Shown piece after piece: positions 52,737-63,715 of a DNA stretch of 64,000 nucleotides (within the stretch, counting starts at the first letter, position 1; the number at the start of each line of letters is the position of its first letter). The stretch lies in NCBI RefSeq assembly GCF_006345805.1, contig NC_043002.1:103478001-103542000 (forward strand), read 5' to 3'. Origin of the DNA: Octopus sinensis (lineage: Eukaryota). The translations under genes were made by a program, and so were the position numbers. Under the pieces are notes generated by a model. It saw only the letters and a program-made list of their open reading frames with translations. It was not told the origin of the DNA and searched no databases.

Positions 52737-54404
52737 TGCTTACCGACTCTTCAGGTGCCAAGCGCCCTTTTTTAATGTGCGCTTGACAAAGGACTGCTTT
52801 TCCATCAATGAGACTTGCTGTACATCTCCCTTGTAGCGGACGTTGACCACACCTGCTCAGCGTTCACAAAACACTGGAGATGTCACAATCTTAGTGCATC
52901 ATTAGCCACGGCATGCCTAGTCCTCCACTGAGCGGTGGTGAACAGCAGACGAGCGGAACATGTCCATTGCATAAAAAGTTGAAGTGCCAAAATCTAAATC
53001 CCTAATTTTCTATAAAATGCTGAGTTCCATTTAGGTTCCGGTCATTTATGCTCTCATTTCAAAAACGGCAGAGGTTAACGATGTCGTCCTTAATTCTTGA
53101 GTCGATAAAACCAAGTCCCAGTGAAATACTGGGACAAATTTAATCTACTATCACCGTCTTACCTTAAAATCTTGTCTTGTGTCTGTAATAGCAATCAATA
53201 TATTATAACTGCAACTTCACTACCACCTACACGAAGATTATACTTCATGCGACAGATGAGAGTGAAAAATAATTCTACAGTAACGTCGATCGATTGAAAT
53301 CGCCACATCCACCAACGCACAAAATATTATTATCCATTATTCAACTTTAGGAATATTGTTAAACTATGATAAGAATACGTTGATGAAATATTAGTTATGT
53401 ATAACAAATCTGTATTTTTGCATTTTAACTTCACAGAATGTTTGATAAATATTCTCTCATTATTTAGATTTTCTTGTTCGTATGTAAACGACAGTGTCTT
53501 TCGTTGTTTGACTTTTTTTCTTCTTGTTTTCACTTAAAATTAAATATCATACATTTCTAATTCCAATTTGAATATTATACGAGTTAATTTTTATCGTTAT
53601 TTATATTAAGTTTGTAGATTTTTCGTAATATGTTACTTTTCAATGATTTCACGAAAATTGCGACTGCTTGCGTTTGATTACAGCAACGGTGTTATTTCAA
53701 AGCATTGAAATAGTTGATACGACAGTTTGCAACACATAAAACAACATTTCATACCAACACATATAGATGTGTTTATGTTATGAAGCAGCAATCAGTCTAT
53801 TGAGTGACAGAAAACGGCACATTACTAATCTCTCTTGTCTGTGTGCATATATGTTTAATATGCTGGAACATCTTATCATTGGGTCACGCACTCAAGTTTT
53901 GATTTGAAATTTTGTTTGGAATATATTACGACGTCTTTATCCTTCGCAAAGTTAAATTGATTTCTTGTATATCTCACATGCGTTCGTGTCTGTATATCTT
54001 TGTGTGTTTGTGCGTTTGTGTGTGTGTGTTTGTGTCTGTGTATGTGTGTGTGTGTGTGTTTGTGTCTGTGTATGTGTGTGTGTGTGTGAATGTTTTGTGT
54101 TCAAAGTGATAGAATGGCAGTGTACAGAGTTTAAAGAGTGACATTCAGTACATAAATATCAATTTAATCATTCCAGGATGGTTCGCTTGTGCTTGGTGAG
54201 AACAAGAATGATTGCACAACAGTCACGAAACAGGAGTGGTGACGAATCGAATAATAAACTTAGAACGAAATATGTTCATCTCCATGTTTTATCTATTTGT
54301 TTTGCTTCTTCACTTCCTGAGACGGTATGAAGGGACAGTGCCCATGGCTTAAATAAGCCATCTCAAGGGAGGTGAGACTGATGCCATTAGTGTACCTACT
54401 AAAA

Positions 54405-54985
54405 TACCTATTTCTATACTACCCACAATGGGCTAAACACAGAGAGGACAAACTAGGACAGACACACGGATTAAGTCGATTATAACGACCCCAGTGTGTA
54501 ACTGGTACTTATTTAATCGACCACGAAAGAATGAAAGGCAAAGTCGACCTCGGTAGAATTTGAATTCGGAACGTAACGGCAGACGAAATACCTATTTCTT
54601 TACTACCCACAATGGGTTAAACACATAGATGACAAACAAGGACAGACAAATGGATTAAATCGATTATATCGACCCCAGTGCGTAACTGGTACTTAATTTA
54701 TCGACCCTGAAAGGATGAAAGGCAAGTCGACCTCGGTAGAATTTGAACTCGTAACGTAATGGCAGGCGAAATACCTATTTCTTTACTACCCACAATGGGC
54801 CAAACACAGAGAAGACAAACAAGGACAGACAAACGGATTAAGTCGATTATATCGACCCCAGTGCGTAACTGGTACTTAATTTATCGACCCCGAAAGGATG
54901 AAAGGCAAAGTCGACTTCGGCGGAATTTGAATTCTGAACGTAACGGCAGACGAAATACGGCTACGCATATCGCCCGGCGTGCTAG
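54405..54985 (-). mobile_element. SINE family A, three tandem units
   Basis: About 182-bp period. Confidence 0.9.
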
Positions 54986-55129
54986 GGATTCTACGGAGGC
55001 AAAGGCATGAGCAGAGAGGTATTTTCTTGTGGAACTTAGGCGTTTTCATTCTTCTGATAACTTGGTGGATGACATAAAGAACATATTCAGAAAAAGAATC
55101 CCAGAATTTCTAATTTAGAAGTGTGTAGC

Positions 55130-55480
55130 TGCTCTAATTGGCACCTCCATACGCTAAATACTGTTCTGTATGATTGATGTAAGACTTAATGTCATCCAAA
55201 GTCCACATTATTTTGCTTATTTGATTTAAGGAATAAACACCTACAATTTCGCAAGGAATAGCCAAAGCATTTGGCTGTAGGGGACCACAAGGTTTGCTGA
55301 TTTTCCTCAAGCGAATGCTGAAAGCGTTTGGGGTATCCTTGCTATAGAGGGAGACAATATCAAAGATGTCGATGTATATATTGCTTTTTTTATATAGTCT
55401 GTTCTTAAGAAACAAAAATATTGTCTTTCGTTTAGCTTTGAAGGATATTTTTCTGGAGAGGGAGTGAAGCATTCATGGAA
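55130..55480 (-). pseudogene. Probable Penelope-like RT fragment
   Basis: Across a frameshift: TPSPEKYPSKLNERQYF / IDIFDIVSLYS, resembling L-P-LEKIPSYIKDT--FL...TFDIVSLYTNIP. Confidence 0.5.
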
Positions 55481-56385
55481 TCTACATGGTATATATACAC
55501 ATATATATAATTTATTCGTTAACGAATCTTCCTGGAAGTCTATTATTGCAAGGCGGATTGATAATAAATTACAAACCTGTCCGAAATTGGTTAAAGGAAA
55601 GAAATGCAAACACACGCACGCACATACATAAAAACACACAAACGCGCACAAACCCACACTCTTACACATACAGAGAAAAATTCTACCTTCCCATTTCCGG
55701 AATAGCTTTTTATTTATACACACGGAGAAACACACATATATGGGTTTGTAGGTATGTATAAATCTACGAATATACATTGTTATACTTGAGGCGCGTGCTG
55801 TTTGGCCAATTAAATAAACGTACGAAAATATGCATGTATTGATGTAAATATATAACTTAACATATTATGGAATTCAGTAAAATATACGGATAAATACAAA
55901 GGTGTTTTGGTGTGGGTGCGTGTGTGTGTGTGGTGTGTGTGTGTGTGTGTGTGTGCGTTTGTGTGTGTGCGTGTGTGTGTGTGTGTGATCGTGTGTGTAT
56001 GCGTGTGTTTGTGCGACGAATTGGTTGGGGTGTTGCACACAGCTTCATTAAATCATGGATTAGTTTCCCCGTATTTTTGAGCAAAATACTTCGCTTCACG
56101 GTGCTGCAGTTCACACACTCATACATGGGTAACACTGCGATGAAATATCCTTCCGATCAGTGGCAGACAACATACTGTCATCACTCGAATGGCAAAGAAA
56201 TACGAATTACATTGCTGACCAGCTATGTATATCAACATCCGATATTCTTGTCAAACCCGTAACATCAAAACACAACATACATAAATACATGTATGTATGT
56301 ATGTATGTATGTATGTATGTATGTATGTATGTATGTATGTATGTATGTATGTATGTATGGATGGATGGATGGATGGATGTATGTA

Positions 56386-56595
56386 TGTCGCCATGATAGA
56401 TCGTTAGCCACTACACACATGTTTTTCTCTCCTTTTTCTCTCTCCTTGTTTTTTCTGTGTACCTTTCTGTAGAAGAGCGTAGGCTCGAAACGTAAAATAC
56501 TTTTCTATTCCTGAGCTTTATACTAATACATATGTTTGTTTTGTACACCACCTGTCTTCGTCTTTTGTTTTTTTTTTTTGTAAACTTTCCCTATG
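56386..56595 (+). mobile_element. Family P repeat; best HHR-like copy at 56464-56497 (UUU-CUGUAGA-A-GAGC(GUAG)GCUC-GAAA-CG-UA-AAA)
   Basis: Homology to 1425-1617; A6U core variant. Confidence 0.7.
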
Positions 56596-56683
56596 TCTGT
56601 ATGTACGTAAATATGTATGTTTGTATGTATGTGTGTATGTATGTGTGTATGCATGTATGTATGTATGTAAGTATGTATGTATG

Positions 56684-56725
<42 letters not shown>

Positions 56726-56989
56726 ACACGTCATTCACCGCATGCAGTACTCTGGCTGAAACCAAAGGGATAGGATTAGAGTGTACAAAGGAGCCAGCGC
56801 TAAGTACAAAGCCATCATAGAGAGTGATTCAAAGTAATCTGCCTGCTATACAGAATTAAATCCTGGAACAGCACAGAGAAGACCAGAAAAAATAAGATTA
56901 GCCTAACTCATGGTACGACAACAAAAAATACCAGAAGAGTTCCGTGATTATTGATGCTACCCCTTCAGATCGTACCACTTTAGGAAATC

Positions 56990-57410
56990 ATTAGATAAGG
57001 CTAATCGACGAATTAAAGTAGTAGAACAAACTGGTGCCTCTATAAAATCTGTCATCTGTGGAACTTCTCCCTTCGATACGTCGCCAACTGCGGAGAGCAA
57101 TTGTATTGTGCTGTATGCAAGATGAACGGATAGGTTAACAATTAGGTCAGAAATACAGTGTATAACTTACGATATACTGCGGGATGGTGCAGAAGCATGA
57201 CAAGTACATACATTGGTGAGACAGCACGCAGCATAGGAGAGCGTATAGGTGAACACTAGTGAGAGCTCAAACAAGAGAAAGGTTTGTCAGTGCTCTACCA
57301 ACATGCTCAAGCAGAATATAACATAGAGACTCAATCAAAAGCACAAGGGTCACAGTACTACCAACGCATAGAACTGACACGTCACTTAATGTTGGCAACT
57401 CACCTAGGAA
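56990..57410 (+). pseudogene. Penelope-like element linker and GIY-YIG remnant
   Basis: NRRIKVVEQTGASIKSVICGTSPF...TYIGETARSIGERIGEH**ELKQEKGLSVLYQHA; YIGET at 57209-57223. Confidence 0.85.
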
Positions 57411-58080
57411 AATAGAGATGGAGCCCCAACAGAAAACATGATGGAACAATAACACCAACCAGCACACCACACAACCTGGCGACTAAAGAGTAAAGGAAGA
57501 ATAAAAAGAAACAGATAGAAAGAGCGTGATGCATATACAATAGACATATAAGCACATACCTATGTAAAATATAAAAATTAGAGACATAAAATGACTATAT
57601 AAAGGACAATGATGCAAACAACATAAGAAGTGGACCCATATATACACACATACGGTAACTTAACAGACGGCCGCAACAACAGCAGCAGCACGACTAACAA
57701 CAATGGCAAAAACAACAACTACTACTACAACAACTACGACTACTGGCACTGCTGCTGCTGTTACCACCACCACCACCACGATGGCATCAGTGTGGGCGAA
57801 CACACAAAAAGAGCGAGTTACAAGAACGGTACAAAAAGTCAGGTTCAAGAGCAGCAGCAATGGAAACGGGTTATGGAACGGGGCTGAGGAGAGGGTCATA
57901 GTTCTCCTAAGAAAAATGCCACGTAACCCTCCCCCCCTCACACACACGCACACGCACAAAATTCACACATATATACAAAGACATGTAGACACATACACAA
58001 ACATAGACGCATGTGCATATAAGGGTACATATTACAGAAGAACAGAATGGAAGAAGCAGAGCGAAAGCATTCACGAAGTG

Positions 58081-58120
58081 TCGCTGAGGAGGTCACAGAT
58101 GTGTGACGAAAGATTTCCGA
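58081..58120 (+). ncRNA. Minimal type I hammerhead motif, canonical core
   Basis: UCG-CUGAGGA-G-GUCACA(GAUG)UGUGAC-GAAA-GAUU-UC-CGA; about 670 bp downstream of the GIY-YIG remnant. Confidence 0.68.
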
Positions 58121-58228
58121 ACAACGCACCTCAGTTAGAATAAGGACGGTAAGAAACGAGTGATGAACGAATATATAGTTCCTATCTTTATTTGGCCAAA
58201 AAAAAAGAAAAAATGACCATCACAAAAT

Positions 58229-58264
<36 letters not shown>

Positions 58265-58391
58265 AAGAATTAAAACATTTGAATGTGGTGCTCCATCATG
58301 ACCGCATTCAAATTATTGAAATAAGTAAACGAATAAAAGAATGTGTTTGTGTGTACATGTTTTTAGTTTCGCTGGTGTGTATGCATTATAT

Positions 58392-58759
58392 GTGGAGGCG
58401 CAATGGCCCAGTGGTTACGGCAGCGGACTCGCGGTTGTAGGATCATGGTTTCGATTCCCAGACCGGGCGTTGTGAGTGTTTATTGAGCGAAAACACCTAA
58501 AGCTCCACGAGGCTACGGCAGGGATGGTGGTGATCCCTGCTGTACTCTTTCACTCTTCCTTCCTGTTTCTGTTATACCTGTATTTCAAAGGGCCGGCCTT
58601 GTCACTCTCTGTCACGCTGAATATCCCCGAGAACTACGTTAAGGGTACACGTGTCTGTGGAGTGCTCAGCCACTTACACGTTAATTTCACAAGCAGGCTG
58701 TTCCGTTGATCGGATCAACCGGAACCCACGTCGTCGTAACCGACGGAGTGCTTCCATCC
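58392..58759 (+). mobile_element. Full-length tRNA-derived SINE family C with 11-bp target-site duplication
   Basis: A box TGGCCCAGTGG, B box GGTTTCGATTCC; ATGCATTATAT at 58381-91 and 58760-70. Confidence 0.9.
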
Positions 58760-59499
58760 ATGCATTATATTTGGTTCCAATCATAGAAGAAGCTTAACAA
58801 AATTCTTAATCTTTGCTGTAAACGAGGGGTACTAAAAGAACTATTCGCTGCTCACCGTACCAACTATACTTTTCTTACAGTTCACAGTCGGTCTAAAATG
58901 CTTCTCAGTATTACTGCGCGTGTATATATATATATATATATTATATATATATATATACACACATACATTTATATATATATACATACATACATTCATAGAT
59001 TTCTTTGTTGTCAGTTCTTTTAAGGATTTACAAAGATCGATTTCCGTTTATTTTAAGTGTATTTACTTCCTATATAACCAGGAGGTTTTTTGTTTCTCAG
59101 TATAAAAACTTTTCCTCCTGTATAAGAACGAAATGTGCTGATGAGGTGAAATATTGGTAGAAATATCGGTACAAGACCACCGATATCGGGGAGGGTGTGT
59201 TAATCAATTAAATCGACCCCAGTGTACAACTGGTAGCATTTTAATTGATTTGAAACGATGTAAATTCGACCTTGGCGTAATCTGAACGCGGAAAGTAAAG
59301 ACGGACGACATGCTTGTAATTATTTTGCATTTGTAATTATTTGAGACGATTGTTCGAGCTTGCCGTCTCAATGTGTCCCAAAATTAATATTTACACAAAA
59401 TTATTAGCTTTTAGAAATTTCTGGAGAGAAGTCTTAAATACTTTTATCGTGGTGGAAGGAAGTCTGCATTTTAGGGGTCATCGTTTTGCACTATTTTAA

Positions 59500-59800
59500 T
59501 TTACCTTTTTACAAGATTTAATCCGAAGAAGACTTGAGTGCAATGCTGAATATGGGGCTACAAAAAAAGAGAATGAGAATCCTAAATGAACCAAAAAAAA
59601 AGTTGATTGATTTAAGCGAAAGGGTCTGAAAAACTTGCTCTAGTGGACAAGAAGACGGCGTTAATGAGTTCCGGGAAGAAGTAGTTTTAAGAAAATTACT
59701 TATAAGCAAGTGGATGCGGCTCGGAAAAGAAGCGACTGGCATACTCAAAGTTCTGGACACAAGACCGTAAAATACACCTGAATCAGTTAGGTGCGGCAAT
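59500..59800 (-). pseudogene. Possible decayed CR1/L2-like RT fragment
   Basis: SFPSRIHLLISNFLKTTSSR...ALKSSSD weakly resembles GFPS-L--WISNFL--R...HSFADD. Confidence 0.3.
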
Positions 59801-60550
59801 CTTTAGAGTAGCAGCAAATATCACCACATCATATACAATGTAAAAACAAAAAAAGAAGCAATTAAAAAAACAGAATCTAATGTGAAAATGTTCCTTTTCT
59901 GGGACGGACTTTCATTGAGATTGGGACGGTTGTTGGTAACTGACATTAATCAGGCCCCAAACGGAAGTTGATGCAGGTGTTAGAAAATACAAATATCTTA
60001 ATCCGCAGGCAAAGTTCGTTCATATGATTAACACTTAAGACTTGCACCCAAAAGCATTACATGGAGAATTCAATACTCACTGCTCTCTATCCATTTCGAA
60101 TCTATCGGTAGTAGAATGTGGTTTGCTACACGAAACGATCAGGTTCATATCATGTTCTCACAATGCCCCAATAGAGACTTACTTTCTCGTACTTCTTTTC
60201 AACTCTACATTGAACTCATCACAAGAATAATCACGTCAAGATTTTATGGCCATCCCTGAATTCTACTCTTCCAGATGTTCTTTTCCTTAATTAATGTTTG
60301 CATGCACATGGAGGGTCATAGTTCGCCACGCAGATCCAGCCAACTATATTATAGCCGATGTCAATACTATAGTGTATAATATATGAGAATGTGTGCATAT
60401 ATATGTCTGAGCTCCTGTGTAGCTATGATCCTATTAATAATTTAATTATAACATCGCGGTACTTGCTGTTTCAAAGTGAAAATATACACATCCACACGTT
60501 TGGTTGCTTCCATATGAACAATTAGACTTCGTCTTTATTTCTAGCTTCGT

Positions 60551-60633
<83 letters not shown>

Positions 60634-60635
60634 TA

Positions 60636-60815
60636 TCTTGAGCAATCTCAAGATTAATCAGCCGAAATTGCGAGGATGGTCCGGTTCTTGACCGAAGATA
60701 AAAGGCTTCGAATGACACGCCCGTGCTTTTTTGTATCGTGTATCTGGATGTTTTGTTTTCCCGTTTTGGGTTCTTGTCCCGTTTTGCGTTCTTGTCCTAT
60801 TTTGTATTGTATTTT
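60636..60815 (+). mobile_element. Repeat family Q, 3' part
   Basis: Homology to 15400-15540; TA flanks. Confidence 0.7.
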
Positions 60816-61022
60816 ATATATATATATATATAAATGGAATAATGGATAAGTCTTATTCTGAATCGATGGTTCAGTTCACTTGATGTTTTCGGTTGCTGTT
60901 ATACGAACATGTGTCTGCCATTGAGTGGTGAAAACTATTTGTCGTGACTCTTATATGCATTTGCGTCAATTACAAGCAAACTGAACCATTGTATAGCAAA
61001 AGTTCCTTTCTTCTCTATTATA

Positions 61023-61900
61023 CGAGGGGCATTCAATAAGTAATGCCCCTGACCCACTTCCCATAGCAGTAGAGCAACGAAACTTGACACAGTTATTAGT
61101 CTTTTTCTACATAGGAACCACCCAGAGCTACGCATTTCTTCCATCGTTTGATGTAGCTCTGGAGACCGTTTTTGTAGAAGATCCCAGCTTGGTCCTCCAA
61201 CCACGACGTGACTTCAGAAATCAAGGCTGCATCATCTGGGAAACGCTTTCCTTTCAAAAACAACTTCATGGCTGGGAAGAGGTGAAAGTCTTTTGAAATA
61301 TTTTGACTCATCTTCTTGGCACATCTCCAAATTCATCCTCGAGCACTCGACGCGTTCTTGCTACTGGAAAAGTGTGAGCAGCCTGGGAATCCATCTGGCA
61401 GACACCTTTTGCATATGCAAATGGTCATGAATGATAGTTTCCACAAACCCGGTACTAATCTTCACCTCATGGGCTATTTGGCGAATAGCTATGCGTCGAT
61501 CTTCCAAAATGGCAGCCTCAACTTGATGGACAGATGCCTCATCAATTGCAGAAGGGGGGCGACCAGATCTGGGAGCTGTTTCCACAGAGTTCCGACCATG
61601 TTTGAATTCATGATGCCAGCGTTTTACAAGGTCATATGATGGGGCATCATCACCATAAGTTACTTTCATTTCATCAAAATCTCCCGTGGTGTGTGTCCTT
61701 TCAAATACAAAAATCGGATCACTGCTCGACACTCAACAGGCTCCATTTCACACTTGACTCAGTTAAAACACCTGTAAATCAGAAACCACAATTAATTCAA
61801 AGCTTAATCTATAGAGATATAAATAATTGCACATGCAAAATTTCAGCTAGATCAAACAATTGCAAGTGGGTCAGGGGCATTACTTATTGAATGTCCCTCG
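61023..61900 (-). mobile_element. Internally deleted mariner (irritans-like ends), 878 bp, 37-bp TIRs, TA target duplication
   Basis: TIR CGAGGGGCATTCAATAAGTAATGCCCCTGACCCACTT with one mismatch at the other end; ORF pieces ...KVSARWIPRLL and DFHLFPAMK...YVEKD; catalytic DD34D region missing. Confidence 0.95.
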
Positions 61901-61967
61901 TACATGTAAAGCTTCCTATATATTATCCTGTGTATATAGCTTCCACTATGACTAAGAAAGATGACAA

Positions 61968-62476
61968 AGTAGAGATTATTTGCCAACATAATATGGAAGT
62001 CCTGGTTTAAGACGAATGTTACTGTAATTTAGCCCCAAGAGACATTGTTGGCAAATTATATTTACTCCAAAGTACTGTTGATGAATATCTCACGTTGATA
62101 GATTTACAAATCGTAATTTTCTAATTTATGGATCAGTCAATAGTTGTCACTTTGAAAATTTTATATTTCGAACGGGAATTTCGCAGCGCCACCTCTAGCC
62201 GAACAATTATTCTGTGCTGATGAAGGGAAATATCCCGGAAATCGCAATACACAGATATTGTTTTGAGCTGAGTGGGGGGTGCTAGATTCCCTTGTCCGGA
62301 AATATTAGAACACAGATCGTGTCATATAGCCTGGTGGAGACGATGTCACCTGGGGCTAAGTTACGGCAGCATTAGTCCTAAACCAAGACTACCATGTTAT
62401 ATTGGCAAACAATCTTTACTCCAAAGTACTGTTGCTGAATATGTCTTGTGAGATTTACAAATAGTAATTTTCTAAG
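61968..62476. mobile_element. Retrozyme-like unit: about 80-bp inverted arm, a 354-bp monomer, then a 75-bp partial repeat
   Basis: TTGGCAAA...TTTACTCCAAAGTACTGTTG at 62048 and 62402; 61968-62047 is an inverted copy of about 62342-62420. Confidence 0.7.
62211..62255 (+). ncRNA. Type I hammerhead ribozyme, canonical core
   Basis: UCUGUG-CUGAUGA-A-GGGA(AAUA)UCCC-G-GAAA-UCGCAA-UA-CACAGA; 6-bp stem I; predicted cleavage after 62249. Confidence 0.8.
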
Positions 62477-63184
62477 ACGACAAAGGTTTATGAAAGTATT
62501 CCTAATATTATTAAATATTTATAGAAAGAAACACCTTATATCATTCAGTTGCTTCTATTGTTGGGTGTGCGTATAGTATCTTAATCTTTGTGTAAAAGAA
62601 TGCTTTGATGTGCTGGTAAAAGTGGAATAAAGGATCATGAGGAAATATTAACAGCTAAAACGAAGTCCTGACAACCAAATCAACATTTTATTCTCTTATG
62701 AGATGACACAGCCGTCATGAATAACTTCCTGCTTAACTACAGGAATCAGGTGGAGCGGGGGCATGTACTGAGATTGACTTAGAATATTCAGAGAGGAGTT
62801 TTACAATGAACCTGATGTCTTCAAACAACTAGGAACCTCTATCTTCTTTTCCCCTTAACCTGAAGCGGGTAACGCTCTGTACTAATAATCCTTAAATCCT
62901 TATCTTTAATCTTGAATTTGAGACTTGAGAGACCGTCATTTTGATAGCAATCTCTATATCAGTCGTTACTTTGTTAAGTAGGTCTTTATTTTGAATATTA
63001 AACGGTATTGTAGTTTGAATTCGACAATAGAGTTTCCTTCGGGAAATGTTGTTATAGACGTTGTTTTTAGGTTTCTGTGTGCCATCGTGGCTATGGTGCA
63101 TTTTAATGATTTATGTTGCTTAATTGTGCTTAGTAAATGCTGCTTTATTGTGAAGATCAATATCTGAGATCCGTTTATATATTT

Positions 63185-63715
63185 AGCACGACGAGCGAAA
63201 TGCTTAGCAGTATTTCGTTTGTCTTTAGGTTCTGAGTTCAAATTTCACCCAGGTCGACTTTGTCTTTCATCCTTTCAGGGTCGATACATTAAGTACCATT
63301 TGCATACTAGGCCCGATCTAATCGACTAGCCCCCTCCCACAAAATGTCGGGCCTTGTGCCTAATCTACAAAAGAATATATTTATCACGCCAGGCGACATT
63401 CTTAGCAGTATTTCGTCTGTCTTTACGTTCTGAGTTCAAATTCCGCCAAGGTCGACATTGCCTTTCGTCCTTTCAGGGTCGATAAATAAAGGAGCGGTTG
63501 TGCACTTGTGTCGATCTATTCGACTGGACCCTTCCCCAAAATTTTCAGGCCTTGTGCCTTGATTAGAAAAGAATATATTTAGCACGCCGAGCGAAATTGT
63601 TTGCGGTATTTCGTATGTCTTTGCTTTCTGAGTTGAAATTTCGCCAACGTCGACTTTGCCTTCCTTCTTTTCAGGGTCGATAAATAAAGTACCTGTTGTG
63701 TACTGGGGTCGAGAA
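63185..63715 (+). mobile_element. SINE family A variant, three tandem units
   Basis: GCGAAATGCTTAGCAGTATTTCG...TTCTGAGTTCAAAT...GGTCGAC repeated three times. Confidence 0.85.

Noticed and set aside
57630-58143. Poly-Thr, poly-His and poly-Val ORFs
   Set aside because: Produced by (AAC/TAC/CAC)n triplet repeats in a PLE 3' region.
58392-58470. Apparent tRNA gene
   Set aside because: It is the head of a 368-bp SINE with an 11-bp target-site duplication.
59134-59178. CTGATGAG...GAAA hammerhead
   Set aside because: Stems I and II do not pair; kept only as a probable decayed relative of 62211.
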